In this document: one piece after another, positions 38,333 through 47,638 of the stretch
Layout of the letters: every line of letters begins with the position of its first letter
How positions within the stretch are numbered: position 1 is the first letter of the stretch
From: Myxococcota bacterium
GTDB taxonomy: Bacteria; Myxococcota_A; UBA9160; JAFDDA01
Length of the DNA stretch: 64,000 bases
Direction: 5' to 3'
NCBI GenBank assembly: GCA_965228475.1
Contig: OZ245817.1
Coordinates: 64,001-128,000 of the forward strand
The notes under the pieces: model-generated
Told to the model about the DNA's origin: nothing
What the model saw: only the letters and a program-made list of their open reading frames with translations
Database searches by the model: none
Translations under genes and position numbers: made by a program

Positions 38333-40261
38333 ATGTGCGGAATCGCCGGATACGCCGGAACCCATCGGCCCGATCTGCTCGAGCCGATGTGCACGGCCAT
38401 GGCCCACCGCGGCCCCGACGACGCGGGGACCTGGCACGACGCCGAGGCCCAGGTCGGTCTCGGCCACCGCCGCCTCTCCATCATCGACCTCTCGGCCGCC
38501 GGGCACCAGCCGATGCAGAGCGCCGACGGCCGAACGTGGATCGCCTACAACGGCGAGATCTACAACTTCCAGGAGCACCGCGACCGGCTCGAGAAGAACG
38601 GCTACCCGTTCCGCAGCCAGTCCGACACCGAGGTGCTGCTCGCGCTCTACCAGGAGCGCGGCCTCGATTTCCTCCAGGAGCTGAACGGCATCTTCGCCTT
38701 CGCGCTCTGGGACGGCGCCGAGCGCCGCCTCCTGCTCGCCCGGGACCACGCCGGGGTGAAGCCGCTCTACTACTGGCTCGACGGGCCGCGCATCTACTTC
38801 GCGAGCGAGATGAAGTCGCTGCTCAAGATCCCCGAGATCCCGCGCAAGCTCCACCTCGACAGCGTCGCCGACTACCTGACCTACCTCTGGGTGCCCGGCG
38901 AGCACACGCTGCTCGAGAGCGTGAAGAAGCTCGAGCCGGGACACCGCATCGTCTGGAAGGACGGCGAGGTGGACATGCGGCGGTGGTTCCAGATCGACTA
39001 CACGCCGGACCCGAAACCGAGCGAGCAGGATTGGATCGAAGACGTCCACGACACCTTCGTGCGCACCACGCAGCGCCAGATGGTCTCGGACGTTCCGCTC
39101 GGGGCGTTCCTCTCCGGGGGGCTCGACTCCTCCGGCATCGTGGCGTGCATGCGGCAGGCCTTCCCGAGCCGCGAGATCACGACCTACACCGTCCGTTTCG
39201 ACGCCGGCGACATGGCGCGGGAGCAGGGCGTCGACGACTACCCCTTCGCCCGGCGCGTCGCCCGGGAGCTCGACGTCCGGCTGAAGAGCATCCAGATCGA
39301 TCCGGACGTCGTCGGCCTGCTGCCGAAGATGATCTATCACCTCGACGAAGCGGACGCGGACCCCGCAGCGTTTCCGTCCTACCTGATCTCGAAGCTCGCG
39401 CGTGAGGACGGCACGACCGTGCTGCTCTCCGGGACGGGCGGCGACGAACTCTTCTTCGGGTACCGCAGCCATCGTGCCTACGAGCTCTACGAACGGTTCG
39501 CCTGGGCCGGCCGCCCGCCCTTCTCCTGGGCCGCGTTGCTGGCGGAGAAGACGTCGCGCTCGCTGCTGGGAGCGCAGCACCTCTACTCCCGCCGCATCGA
39601 GAAGTTCCGGCGTGGGATCGACAAGAAGGGTCTCGAGCGTCACGTCGCCCTGGCCGCCTGGTCGAGCGCCGCGACGCGCGAGGCGCTCTTCTCTCGGGAG
39701 CTCGGCGAGAGCCTTCGGACGAGCGAGCCCCCGGCGTGCATGCAGCGCTACTACGACGAGTTCCAGGGCGAGGGTGAGCTCAACCGCCACTCCCACCTGC
39801 TGAACGAGACGTTCCTCGCCGCGCACAACTTCAACTACACCGACAAGACGAGCATGGCGGTCTCGCTCGAGGCGCGCGTCCCGTTCATGGACGTCGAACT
39901 GATGCGGCTCGCCGCGCGGATCCCCGAGGAGTACAAGCTCAACGGCGGCGTCACGAAGTGGGTGCTGAAGAAGGCGATGGAGCGCTACCTGCCCCACGAC
40001 CTGATCTACCGCGGAAAGACCGGCTTCGGTGCGCCGCTCCGCAAGTGGGTGCAGTCCGATCTCCACGAGGTGATCGAGTACCTGCTCGGCCCGAGCCATC
40101 TCGAATCGCGCGGCATCTTCGACGTGCAGTACGTCCAGCATCTGCTCGACGAGAACGCCGCCGGCCGTTCCGACCACAGCTATCTGATCTATGCGCTGCT
40201 GACCCTCGAGCTCTGGATGCAGACGTTCCTGGACCATCCCGCCGAAGAGGTGCGGCTTTGA
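38333..40261 (+). CDS. asnB: Asparagine synthase (glutamine-hydrolyzing)-type amidotransferase
   Basis: N-terminal MCGIAG, HRGPD, GHRRLSIIDL, NGEIYN, FLSGGLDSS; probably the polysaccharide-amidating type. Confidence 0.92.
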   Translation: MCGIAGYAGTHRPDLLEPMCTAMAHRGPDDAGTWHDAEAQVGLGHRRLSIIDLSAAGHQPMQSADGRTWIAYNGEIYNFQEHRDRLEKNGYPFRSQSDTEVLLALYQERGLDFLQELNGIFAFALWDGAERRLLLARDHAGVKPLYYWLDGPRIYFASEMKSLLKIPEIPRKLHLDSVADYLTYLWVPGEHTLLESVKKLEPGHRIVWKDGEVDMRRWFQIDYTPDPKPSEQDWIEDVHDTFVRTTQRQMVSDVPLGAFLSGGLDSSGIVACMRQAFPSREITTYTVRFDAGDMAREQGVDDYPFARRVARELDVRLKSIQIDPDVVGLLPKMIYHLDEADADPAAFPSYLISKLAREDGTTVLLSGTGGDELFFGYRSHRAYELYERFAWAGRPPFSWAALLAEKTSRSLLGAQHLYSRRIEKFRRGIDKKGLERHVALAAWSSAATREALFSRELGESLRTSEPPACMQRYYDEFQGEGELNRHSHLLNETFLAAHNFNYTDKTSMAVSLEARVPFMDVELMRLAARIPEEYKLNGGVTKWVLKKAMERYLPHDLIYRGKTGFGAPLRKWVQSDLHEVIEYLLGPSHLESRGIFDVQYVQHLLDENAAGRSDHSYLIYALLTLELWMQTFLDHPAEEVRL

Positions 40262-41352
40262 ACGCCACGGCCGCCGAGCTCCACCCGGCCGCCGAGACCG
40301 AGGAGATCTCCCTCGAGATCACCGGCCGGTTCCCGGGCCGGATCGTGCTCTCGGAGCCCGACGGAACGCTCTGGCTCGGGCGGAACTACGACATCCATCG
40401 CAGCGACGACTGCGGCCGCTCGTGGCAGCACGTGACGTCGATGCCGCGGGACCCGCTGCGCCGGATCGCGAACCCCTCTCGCCTCCTGTGCCGGCTCATC
40501 CGCCAGGAGGTCCGTGCACTCTTCCGCACGCGGGAGGGGAACCTCGTCGCGGCGAACCGCCAGGGCGTCTGGGTCGCGAAGCCCGGCGAGGAGGTCATGC
40601 GCCGGTCCCGCGTGGAGCATGGCGATCTCGCCTTGATGCCGCCCATGCGGATCTCCGAGGGCCCGAACGGGGAGATCCTCTGGGGAGAGTACGGCTCGCC
40701 CAAGGAGCAGCGCCCGGCCCGCCTCTTCGCGTCGCGTGACGGCGGCGAGAGCTTCCAGTGCATCCGCACCATCGACGACATCCTCCACGTCCACAACGTC
40801 GTCTGGGATCCGCGCGAGCGACACTACTGGGTGTTGACCGGCGACTTCGACCCGCAGCCCGGCTTCGCCCGGCTCTCGGAGGATCTCGAGCGCTTCGATT
40901 GGTTCGTGCGGGGCGAGCAGCGCTTCCGGGCCGTCGAGATCTTCGACCTGGGCGACCGGCTCGTCTACGCCACGGACACCCAGCTCGAACCGAACGCCGT
41001 CCTCAGCCTCGACAAGCGCAGCGGCCAGGTCGAGCCGATCCAGCCCCTCGGCGGCAGCTGCATCTACGCCGCGCGCTTCGGCGGGATCTACGCGCTCTCG
41101 ACCTCGGTCGAGCCCTCGGCCGTGAACGCGAGCGAGGACGCCGAACTCTGGGTCTCTCGGGACGCGGAACACTGGAAGCGCGCGTACCGCGGACGGAAGG
41201 ACTTCTGGAACCCGGACTACCTGCAGTTCGGGTCGATCGTGCTGCCCTCCGGGCGCACGGATCGTGAGCTCGTCGTCTTCAGCGGACAGGCCCTGCGCGG
41301 GATCGACGGGCAGACCCTGGTCGCCCGGCTTCCCGCGGAGGCGGAGCTCTAG
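40258..41352 (+). CDS. BNR/Asp-box (sialidase-like propeller) hypothetical protein
   Basis: TTGA overlap with asnB; RSDDCGRSW, SRDGGESF, SRDAEHW. Confidence 0.75.
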   Translation: MNATAAELHPAAETEEISLEITGRFPGRIVLSEPDGTLWLGRNYDIHRSDDCGRSWQHVTSMPRDPLRRIANPSRLLCRLIRQEVRALFRTREGNLVAANRQGVWVAKPGEEVMRRSRVEHGDLALMPPMRISEGPNGEILWGEYGSPKEQRPARLFASRDGGESFQCIRTIDDILHVHNVVWDPRERHYWVLTGDFDPQPGFARLSEDLERFDWFVRGEQRFRAVEIFDLGDRLVYATDTQLEPNAVLSLDKRSGQVEPIQPLGGSCIYAARFGGIYALSTSVEPSAVNASEDAELWVSRDAEHWKRAYRGRKDFWNPDYLQFGSIVLPSGRTDRELVVFSGQALRGIDGQTLVARLPAEAEL

Positions 41353-42458
41353 GCGCTCTCCATCATCTCGCCGTAGACGGCTTCGAGCTGCTCGATCACG
41401 GCCTCCATGGAGAAGACCTCGACGGCGCGTGCGCGCCCGCTCGCACCCATGCGCAGCCGGAGGTCCCGGTCTTCGACGAGACGCCGGAGCGCTTCGGTCA
41501 GGGCGGCGGCGTCTTCCACCGGAACCAAGAACCCGTCCTCGCCCTCCCGCACCGCGTCCGGAATGGCGCCCACCGGGGTGGACACGACCGGCAGCCCCGC
41601 GCCCATCGCCTCGAGCACGACGTTCGGGAAGCCCTCCCGCCAGGTCGGCAGCACGAACACGTCCGCCTCGTGGTAGAGCTCGAGCACGTCGGCTCGCGGT
41701 CGCGGCGGAAGGCGCTTCACGTGGCCCGCCAGCGCTTCGAGCTCCGGCGTGATCTCCGCGACGAAGTCGGGGTCCTCGGCGCCGATCAGGGTGAAGTCCG
41801 CCTGGGGAAGCGCCCGCGCGGCGGCAAGGAGCTCGCGCACGCCCTTGGCTTCGAGCATCCAGCCGACGAAGAGGATTTTCACGCGCCCCTCGCGCCGCTG
41901 GCTGCGGTCCGGGATCTCCCCGAGGTCCTGGAGCTTGATGAAGTTCGGGACGTAGCGGATGCGATCCTCGTCCGTGATCTCCCGGAAGAGCGCCTCGTTC
42001 GGCCGGGTGAGCGCGATGCAGCGGGTCGCGCGCCGGACGGTGGCGTCGATGAAGAAGCGGAGCCAGCGCGGCGCCCCTTCGACGAAGTCCGGAAAGTCGC
42101 CGCCGCGCGGGTGGAGCGCCGTCTTCGCGCCGGCGAGGCTCGCGAGCCAGATGGCCAGGCCGTCGCGCAGGAACGCCCAGTAGTAGGGCGTGTTCACGTG
42201 GACGACGTCGGGCCGGAAGGTCACGAGCTGGTAGATCCAGCGCGACAGCGTGCGGATCGCGTCGACGGCGCGGTCTCCGCGAAAGCGGCTCTCGCCGCTC
42301 ACCGCCTCGAAGTTCGTGGGGGCGCTGTCGACGATGCGCAGCTCGAAGTGCTCGGCGAGCTCGCTGTTGCGGAGGCCGACGGTCCAGGTCGGAATCCCGC
42401 CCGTCGAGGGCGGGAGCGTGCTCATCATCAGCAGCTTCGGTCGCTTGGCGCGGGGCAT
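41349..42458 (-). CDS. Glycosyltransferase family 4
   Basis: LFVGW..AKG, EGFPNVVLEAMGAGLPVVSTPVG. Confidence 0.92.
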   Translation of the reverse strand: MPRAKRPKLLMMSTLPPSTGGIPTWTVGLRNSELAEHFELRIVDSAPTNFEAVSGESRFRGDRAVDAIRTLSRWIYQLVTFRPDVVHVNTPYYWAFLRDGLAIWLASLAGAKTALHPRGGDFPDFVEGAPRWLRFFIDATVRRATRCIALTRPNEALFREITDEDRIRYVPNFIKLQDLGEIPDRSQRREGRVKILFVGWMLEAKGVRELLAAARALPQADFTLIGAEDPDFVAEITPELEALAGHVKRLPPRPRADVLELYHEADVFVLPTWREGFPNVVLEAMGAGLPVVSTPVGAIPDAVREGEDGFLVPVEDAAALTEALRRLVEDRDLRLRMGASGRARAVEVFSMEAVIEQLEAVYGEMMESA

Positions 42459-42495
42459 GGCGGCCGGATCGTAGCGGAGGGCCGGCCCGGGCGGC

Positions 42496-42972
42496 CTACT
42501 CTCCGCCATCCCAGTAGCGGGACATCAGCTCCCCGGCCCAGGCCGGCTGGTGGACCGGCCCGCGCGGCAGGAACTCCTCGAGCACGGGCTTGATGTCGAG
42601 GATCGGGGTCCCCGCGACGGCGTCGAGCTCCGCCACGCGCAGCGTGCGGCCCTCGCGGCCGAGGATCCGGACGACGGTGCTCCCGATCCGGTTCGGCCGG
42701 TTCTTCCCGCGCTGGGCGAAGATGCCGACCGCGGGCCAGTCTTCGCGGTTTCTCGGGTGGCGCGCACCGACGGTGATCTTCTCCGGATCGACCCGGTCGA
42801 AGTGGAAGAGGACCTCCGCGTGGGAGAACGTCTCGATGCCGTCGAGCGCGTCCTCGGGAAACCGGGCATCGAGCTCGATGCGGGCCTCCGTGCCGCCCCA
42901 ATCGTCGTCCCGAACCTGTTCGCGGCCGCCTCGGACATGGCCGATCGCCTGCATCGAGATCGTCTCACTCAT
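42496..42972 (-). CDS. TrmO/TsaA (UPF0066)-like SAM-binding protein
   Basis: GIFAQRGKNRPNRIG, LDAVAGTPILDIKP. Confidence 0.85.
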   Translation of the reverse strand: MSETISMQAIGHVRGGREQVRDDDWGGTEARIELDARFPEDALDGIETFSHAEVLFHFDRVDPEKITVGARHPRNREDWPAVGIFAQRGKNRPNRIGSTVVRILGREGRTLRVAELDAVAGTPILDIKPVLEEFLPRGPVHQPAWAGELMSRYWDGGE

Positions 42973-43003
42973 GACGCGGGAGGATGCCACAGGCGCGGGG
43001 CGC

Positions 43004-43381
43004 CTAGCCCGGGCGCTCCAGGTATTCTCGGAGGGCGGTCGCGTTGTTCAACTCGGTCTCCTTCGAGCCGAAGAGCAGCGTGTTCGTGCCGCGGCCGAAG
43101 GCCGCGCGGAGTGCGGCGACGCCGCCGGGGTTCGCGTCCAGCTCGGCAAAGTAGCGGCGCCGGAACTCTGGCCACTTCTCGGGGGCGTGCCCGTACCATC
43201 GCCGCAGATCCGAAGAGGGCGCGATGTCCTTCGCCCAGTAGTCGATCGCCGCGTCCGCCTTGGAGAGGCCGCGCGGCCAGAGCCGGTCGATCAGGATCCG
43301 CCGGCCGTCGGTGCGGGCGGGGGCTTCGTAGACGCGTCGGGTCCGGATGCGCACGGGCGGCCTCCACCCGTTCGATGCCAC
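43004..43381 (-). CDS. DUF488 / YeaO-like protein
   Basis: RRVYE..DGRRILIDRLWPRG, APSSDLRRWYGH, FRRRYFAEL. Confidence 0.88.
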   Translation of the reverse strand: MASNGWRPPVRIRTRRVYEAPARTDGRRILIDRLWPRGLSKADAAIDYWAKDIAPSSDLRRWYGHAPEKWPEFRRRYFAELDANPGGVAALRAAFGRGTNTLLFGSKETELNNATALREYLERPG

Positions 43382-43396
43382 GGCCCGAGGGAGGGT

Positions 43397-43708
43397 TCAG
43401 CGGGCGCTCGAACGCTCGAAGCGCGACTCGCGAACCGGCTCCAGGATCTGGAGCGTGTAGCTCTCGTAGAAGCGCTCCCGGCCGAGGCGCTGGGCCGCCG
43501 CGTGCTCCGAGTGCTCCCGCCAGGCAGCCAGGTGTTCGTGGCTCTCGAACTCGATCAGGCTGCAGCGCTCCCCGTCCTCCGCCACGTACACGCGATAGGA
43601 CACGAACCCTGGCATCGCCTCGGCCAGCGTCTGCATGCGGTCCGCCAGCCCATGGAACGCCGGGTCGTGCTCGTCGCGCAGGCGGGAGCGGAACACGATC
43701 GTGACCAT
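43397..43708 (-). CDS. Antibiotic biosynthesis monooxygenase (ABM) family protein
   Basis: MPGFVSY, AWREHSEHAAAQRLGRERFY. Confidence 0.85.
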   Translation of the reverse strand: MVTIVFRSRLRDEHDPAFHGLADRMQTLAEAMPGFVSYRVYVAEDGERCSLIEFESHEHLAAWREHSEHAAAQRLGRERFYESYTLQILEPVRESRFERSSAR

Positions 43709-44181
43709 CAGGGGTCTCCTCCGCCGCCCGTCGCGGGCGTGTGCACGACTTCGAGCTTCACGCCGTCCGGGTCGGCGAAGAACGCGGCGTAGTAGCCGTC
43801 GGAGTAGGCGGCGTGGCCCGTGTAGTCGGCCGGCGCGTCGAGGACGTCGCCTCCGGCGTCGCGGACGGCTGCGTGGATCGCATCGACGGCGGCCCGGCTC
43901 TCTGCGCGGAAGGCCAGGTGGTGGAGACCCGGGGCGTACCGATCGACGGCACGGTTTCGCTCGGCGCCCGAGGCGGGACGGACCTCGATCGCGAAGCCCG
44001 GCGCCTTCGGAGGGCCGATGGCCCACGCGGCTCGCTCGGGCCGGGCCCCCGTGAATCCAGCCAACTCCACGCGCTGCCGCCGGTAGCCGAGTGCGCGCAG
44101 GAAGACGTCGTAGAACGGGATCGATCGGCCGGGGTCCGAGACCGAGAGGTCGATGTGGGAGAGCGGGCCTCCGGTGCTCAT
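43708..44181 (-). CDS. VOC family protein
   Basis: LSHIDLSVSD, PGLHHLAF, YYAAFFADPDGVKLE. Confidence 0.88.
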   Translation of the reverse strand: MSTGGPLSHIDLSVSDPGRSIPFYDVFLRALGYRRQRVELAGFTGARPERAAWAIGPPKAPGFAIEVRPASGAERNRAVDRYAPGLHHLAFRAESRAAVDAIHAAVRDAGGDVLDAPADYTGHAAYSDGYYAAFFADPDGVKLEVVHTPATGGGGDP

Positions 44182-44480
44182 CCGGCGGCCCCCTCGGCGA
44201 TCACGTAGTGTTCGACCACGGGGAACGGGTCGTAGAAGTGGTGGAGGAGCTCCCTCCAGCGGCCGTACCCGGACGAGCCCCGGAAGCCTTCCGTGTGGTC
44301 CTCGAGCGTGTCCCACCAGACGAGCAGCAGATAGCGGTCTTCCGCCTCGAGGCAGCGGCGCAGTTCGTGGCGCTGGTACCCGGCCATGCCGGCGATGATC
44401 GCCTGCGCTTCACGGAACGCGGCTTCGAACTCCGCGGACGTGCCGGGCCGCAGCGGAAGGATCGCGACTTCGAGAACCAT
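44178..44480 (-). CDS. ABM family protein
   Basis: MVLEVAIL...HTEGFRGS...HHFYDPFPVVEHY. Confidence 0.88.
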   Translation of the reverse strand: MVLEVAILPLRPGTSAEFEAAFREAQAIIAGMAGYQRHELRRCLEAEDRYLLLVWWDTLEDHTEGFRGSSGYGRWRELLHHFYDPFPVVEHYVIAEGAAG

Positions 44481-44561
44481 CCTGGCCTCCGTCGCGCGAT
44501 CCTACCGAATCCGGCTTGCCCTCGACGCTTCCGCCGGGTGATCCTCACGCCGGGAGGGATC

Positions 44562-45206
44562 ATGTCGGCGCGCTTTGCTTTTCCGTTGCTCGAGGATCCG
44601 GGCGAACTCTCCGCCTACGAAGGGTGGAGCCGAGAGACCTACGAGGATCTCATGGCCGTCGCCGCGGGCCGGATGACGCGCGAGGCCTTCGATGCCAGAC
44701 ACCTCGGCCGCGGGGCGGTCCTCGTCCTCGACGTCACGGGCTTCACCGCGTCGACGCTCGAGGGCGGCGCGATCTCGAGCTTCCTGAGGATCCTCGACAC
44801 CCACAAGATCTGCTTCCCGATCCTGCGCGAGAAGGGCGCGAGCTTCATCCGGGCCTTCGCCGACGACCTGGTCGCCCTGTTCGACGATTGCGCGATCGCC
44901 CTCGACGCAGCGCTCGAGATCCACGAGCGGATGAGCGCCTTCGAGACGACCGAGCACGGCCACCGCTACCCGCCGGAGTGTTGCATCGGCATCGGCTACG
45001 GCGACATCTATCGGATCGGTCCGAACCATGCGATGGGCGACGAGATGAACCAGGCCAGCGTGCTCGGGGAAGACATCGCGCGCGGCGGCGAGACCCTCGT
45101 CACCGAAGGCGCACGGAGCGCGCTCACCCACCGGTCCGACGTCCACTTCGCGCCGCAGACCCACGACGATCTGCTCTTCCCCTACTCGCGCGTCGAGCGC
45201 GTCTGA
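44562..45206 (+). CDS. Stand-alone class III nucleotidyl cyclase-like protein
   Basis: VLDVTGFT, FADDLVALF, IGIGYG, GDEMNQAS, GETLVT. Confidence 0.8.
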   Translation: MSARFAFPLLEDPGELSAYEGWSRETYEDLMAVAAGRMTREAFDARHLGRGAVLVLDVTGFTASTLEGGAISSFLRILDTHKICFPILREKGASFIRAFADDLVALFDDCAIALDAALEIHERMSAFETTEHGHRYPPECCIGIGYGDIYRIGPNHAMGDEMNQASVLGEDIARGGETLVTEGARSALTHRSDVHFAPQTHDDLLFPYSRVERV

Positions 45207-45574
45207 CCCTCCCGGTCGAGCAGCAGGGCGCCGACGAGCGCGGTCGACGCCGCGAGGTCCACGAAGACGATGCGTTCGAGCGCTTCGCCGTAGCCGCCGA
45301 CGAGCCACGTGACGACGACGAAGGAGAGCATGCTCACGAGGCCCGCCGCCGCGGCGAGGGACCGCAGCGCCGGGCGCACGGTCGCGGCGAGCAGCAGGCC
45401 TCCGACGATGCCGAAGAGCACGGCCCGATGCCGCAGCAGGATCTCGAGATCCGCACTCGCGACGGAGACGCCGTAGAGCGCTTCCAGGCGTGCGGCGGAG
45501 ACGACCCCGACCAGGGGCGCCAGGTTCACCAAGGCCACCAGGGCGAAGAGGACTCTGGCGATGTTCTCATGCAT
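45182..45574 (-). CDS. Small membrane protein
   Basis: Four hydrophobic segments; LEALYGV, LLRHRAVLFG. Confidence 0.7.
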   Translation of the reverse strand: MHENIARVLFALVALVNLAPLVGVVSAARLEALYGVSVASADLEILLRHRAVLFGIVGGLLLAATVRPALRSLAAAAGLVSMLSFVVVTWLVGGYGEALERIVFVDLAASTALVGALLLDREGQTRSTRE

Positions 45575-46004
45575 CGGATTCGGAAGAGTCCGCTTCGACC
45601 GGCTGTGCAAAGGCCCAGCGGTGGCCACCCGGGTCGCTCGCCACGTACTGCCGGTTGCCGCCGAAGTGGACGCCGAACTCCGCGCGGATCTCCGCGCCTT
45701 CGGCCTTCGCGCGCGCGTAGTGGGACTCGACGTCCTCGACGAAGACGTAGGTCATGCACGAAACGAAATCCGGATCCGGAACCGCCCGGGTTCCGAAACC
45801 TTCCATCCCGGGCCCGACCAGAATCACCCCATCTCCGATGCGAACTCGCGCGGTGAGGACCGAATCATCCGAGGGGTTCCGCAGCGCGAACTCGACGGTG
45901 AACCCAAAGGCGCGCTCCATGAAGGCAATCGCCGCGCCGGCGTCCGGGTAGTAGAGGTAGGGGACGATCTGTGTCATGTCCGCGGGCGGGTTCGTCGACA
46001 TCAT
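45567..46004 (-). CDS. VOC/PhnB-like protein
   Basis: IVPYLYYPDA..AIAF..AFG, DPGGHRWAF; GGAGG RBS. Confidence 0.85.
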   Translation of the reverse strand: MMSTNPPADMTQIVPYLYYPDAGAAIAFMERAFGFTVEFALRNPSDDSVLTARVRIGDGVILVGPGMEGFGTRAVPDPDFVSCMTYVFVEDVESHYARAKAEGAEIRAEFGVHFGGNRQYVASDPGGHRWAFAQPVEADSSESDA

Positions 46005-46041
46005 CACCTCCTCGGGCTCGGCCTTGGTCGAAGCCCGGCTT

Positions 46042-46404
46042 CTACTCGTCCATCTTTTCGAGGAGGCGTTTCGGCGCGACCTGCCGGTAGCCTTCCTCGA
46101 GGAGTGCCGCCACGAGCTTCCAATCGGGTTTGCGGTCGAGGCGGATGCCCACCCAGCCGCTCGGGCCGACGTAGGGCGGCACGAAGAAGCGTTCCGGATC
46201 GGACTCGACGAGATCCATCTGCTGGTCGTGCAGGGCCTTGCACCACGCGGCGATCCGTCCGTCGCCGTGGTGGTTGTTCCGGTAGTGGGCGAAGAGTTTG
46301 CCGCGCACGCGGAACGTCGGAGCGCCCCAGGCCTCCTTCTCGTGGGCTTCGGGCAGCGCGAGGCAGAGCCGTCGAAGGCGTGCGAGGTGCGGGTTGCCGG
46401 CCAT
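46042..46404 (-). CDS. MmcQ/YjbR family protein
   Basis: LALPEA, PTFRVRGKLFA, FFVPPYVGPSGWVG, YRQVAPK. Confidence 0.88.
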   Translation of the reverse strand: MAGNPHLARLRRLCLALPEAHEKEAWGAPTFRVRGKLFAHYRNNHHGDGRIAAWCKALHDQQMDLVESDPERFFVPPYVGPSGWVGIRLDRKPDWKLVAALLEEGYRQVAPKRLLEKMDE

Positions 46405-46453
46405 CCGCGGATTCTATCAGCGTGGGCGCGGCGGGCGGGAAGGAAGCGACCCT

Positions 46454-46987
46454 TCAGAGATCGAGCTCGAAATGAATGTCCTCGGGCTCGAGGGCGTAGA
46501 GGGCGGGGTCCGGTTCCGCCGCGAGCCGGCATCCGAGATGGCGATAGAAGCCGACGGTGTTCTCCGAGGGCGTGGCGGAGACGTAGAGCCGTTTCGCGCC
46601 GAGGGCGCGCGCCTCGGCGGAGGCCAGCTCGAAGAGCGTCCGCCCGAGGCCCGTGCCGCGCTGCGAACGCCCGGCGTGGAGGAACTTCAAGTGGAGCTGG
46701 TCGCTCGCGCGGCCCATGAAGCGGCCATCGAGAACCACGACGCCGACCATCGCGTCGTCTTCGAAAGCGCCGAGGAAGGTTCCGCCGCGGTCGAGACAGT
46801 CGCGTAGGATCGGGCCGTACCGCGCCTCCTCGCCTTCGGGCCATCCGTCGAGGACGTGCCGCTCCGCGTGCCGGACGAGCTCGCCGCCCTCGACGCGGAA
46901 CACCGCTTCGATCACCTCGGAGCGGTCGATCGTCCAGATCCGATCGATCTCGTCGCGGGTGAGATCGCGAATCGCCGGGGCGCTCAT
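46454..46987 (-). CDS. GNAT family N-acetyltransferase
   Basis: QRGTGLGRTLF, LYVSATPSENTVGFY. Confidence 0.88.
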   Translation of the reverse strand: MSAPAIRDLTRDEIDRIWTIDRSEVIEAVFRVEGGELVRHAERHVLDGWPEGEEARYGPILRDCLDRGGTFLGAFEDDAMVGVVVLDGRFMGRASDQLHLKFLHAGRSQRGTGLGRTLFELASAEARALGAKRLYVSATPSENTVGFYRHLGCRLAAEPDPALYALEPEDIHFELDL

Positions 46988-47403
46988 CCGGCGTCGTCCG
47001 CGGGCAGCTCGGCCGAGAAGCTCAGCACATGGCCGTCGCAGTCCTCGATGACGAACTGCCGGAGCCCCCAGGGCCGATCCATGGGCTCTTCCAGAATCCG
47101 GACGCCGCGACTTCGATAGCGTTCGAAGAGCAGGTCGAGCTCCTTCCCGACGTGGAGCCACAGGTAGGTCGACGTTTCGATCGCGGCACCGGGCTCGAGC
47201 GGCTCGAAGCGGATGTGGATCGTCGGCGAGGCGTACGTCGGGTCGGCGCAGACGCGCGCGTGGAGCGGCGGGTCGCCCTCGATGAAATCGACGTGGAAGC
47301 CGAGCGTGTCCCGGTAGAAGGCCACCGTGCGGTGGATGTCCGGGACGACCAGGACGGGCTGCATGCCGTGAAGCTCGAAGGGGGTCAGCTCGCCGGGTTC
47401 CAT
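46984..47403 (-). CDS. VOC/glyoxalase-bleomycin resistance family protein
   Basis: FYRDTLGF, DRPWGLRQF..EDCDGH. Confidence 0.85.
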   Translation of the reverse strand: MEPGELTPFELHGMQPVLVVPDIHRTVAFYRDTLGFHVDFIEGDPPLHARVCADPTYASPTIHIRFEPLEPGAAIETSTYLWLHVGKELDLLFERYRSRGVRILEEPMDRPWGLRQFVIEDCDGHVLSFSAELPADDAG

Positions 47404-47493
47404 CGCGCGCTCCTCGGGGGCCGCGAGAGGCTAGCAATCCGGCCTGGTGGCGGGCCGGGGTGCTTCGCCCGCCACGCTATCCTCTTCGCCGCG

Positions 47494-47581
47494 GGAGAGG
47501 TGGCCGAGTGGTCGAAGGCGGCGGTCTTGAAAACCGCTAGGGCGCAAGCCCTCGTGGGTTCGAATCCCACCCTCTCCGCCA
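47494..47581 (+). tRNA. tRNA-Ser (anticodon TGA)
   Basis: GGAGAGG/CCTCTCC acceptor stem, GCGGT-CTTGAAA-ACCGC, long variable arm, GTTCGAATC, encoded CCA. Confidence 0.97.
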
Positions 47582-47583
47582 GT

Positions 47584-47638
47584 GACTCAGATGATCTGCC
47601 AGTGCCTCTCCACGAGGGACTCAGATGATCTGCCAGTG
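47584..47638. repeat. 21-bp perfect direct repeat immediately 3' of tRNA-Ser(TGA)
   Basis: GACTCAGATGATCTGCCAGTG at 47584-47604 and 47618-47638, 13-nt spacer. Confidence 0.9.

Noticed and set aside
44562..45574. Pycsar-like defence pair (cyclase + membrane protein)
   Set aside because: The genes are convergent, and the membrane protein has no cyclic-nucleotide-binding domain
47584..47638. Direct repeat read as a mini-CRISPR
   Set aside because: Only two copies, a 13-nt spacer, overlap with a coding end, and no cas genes
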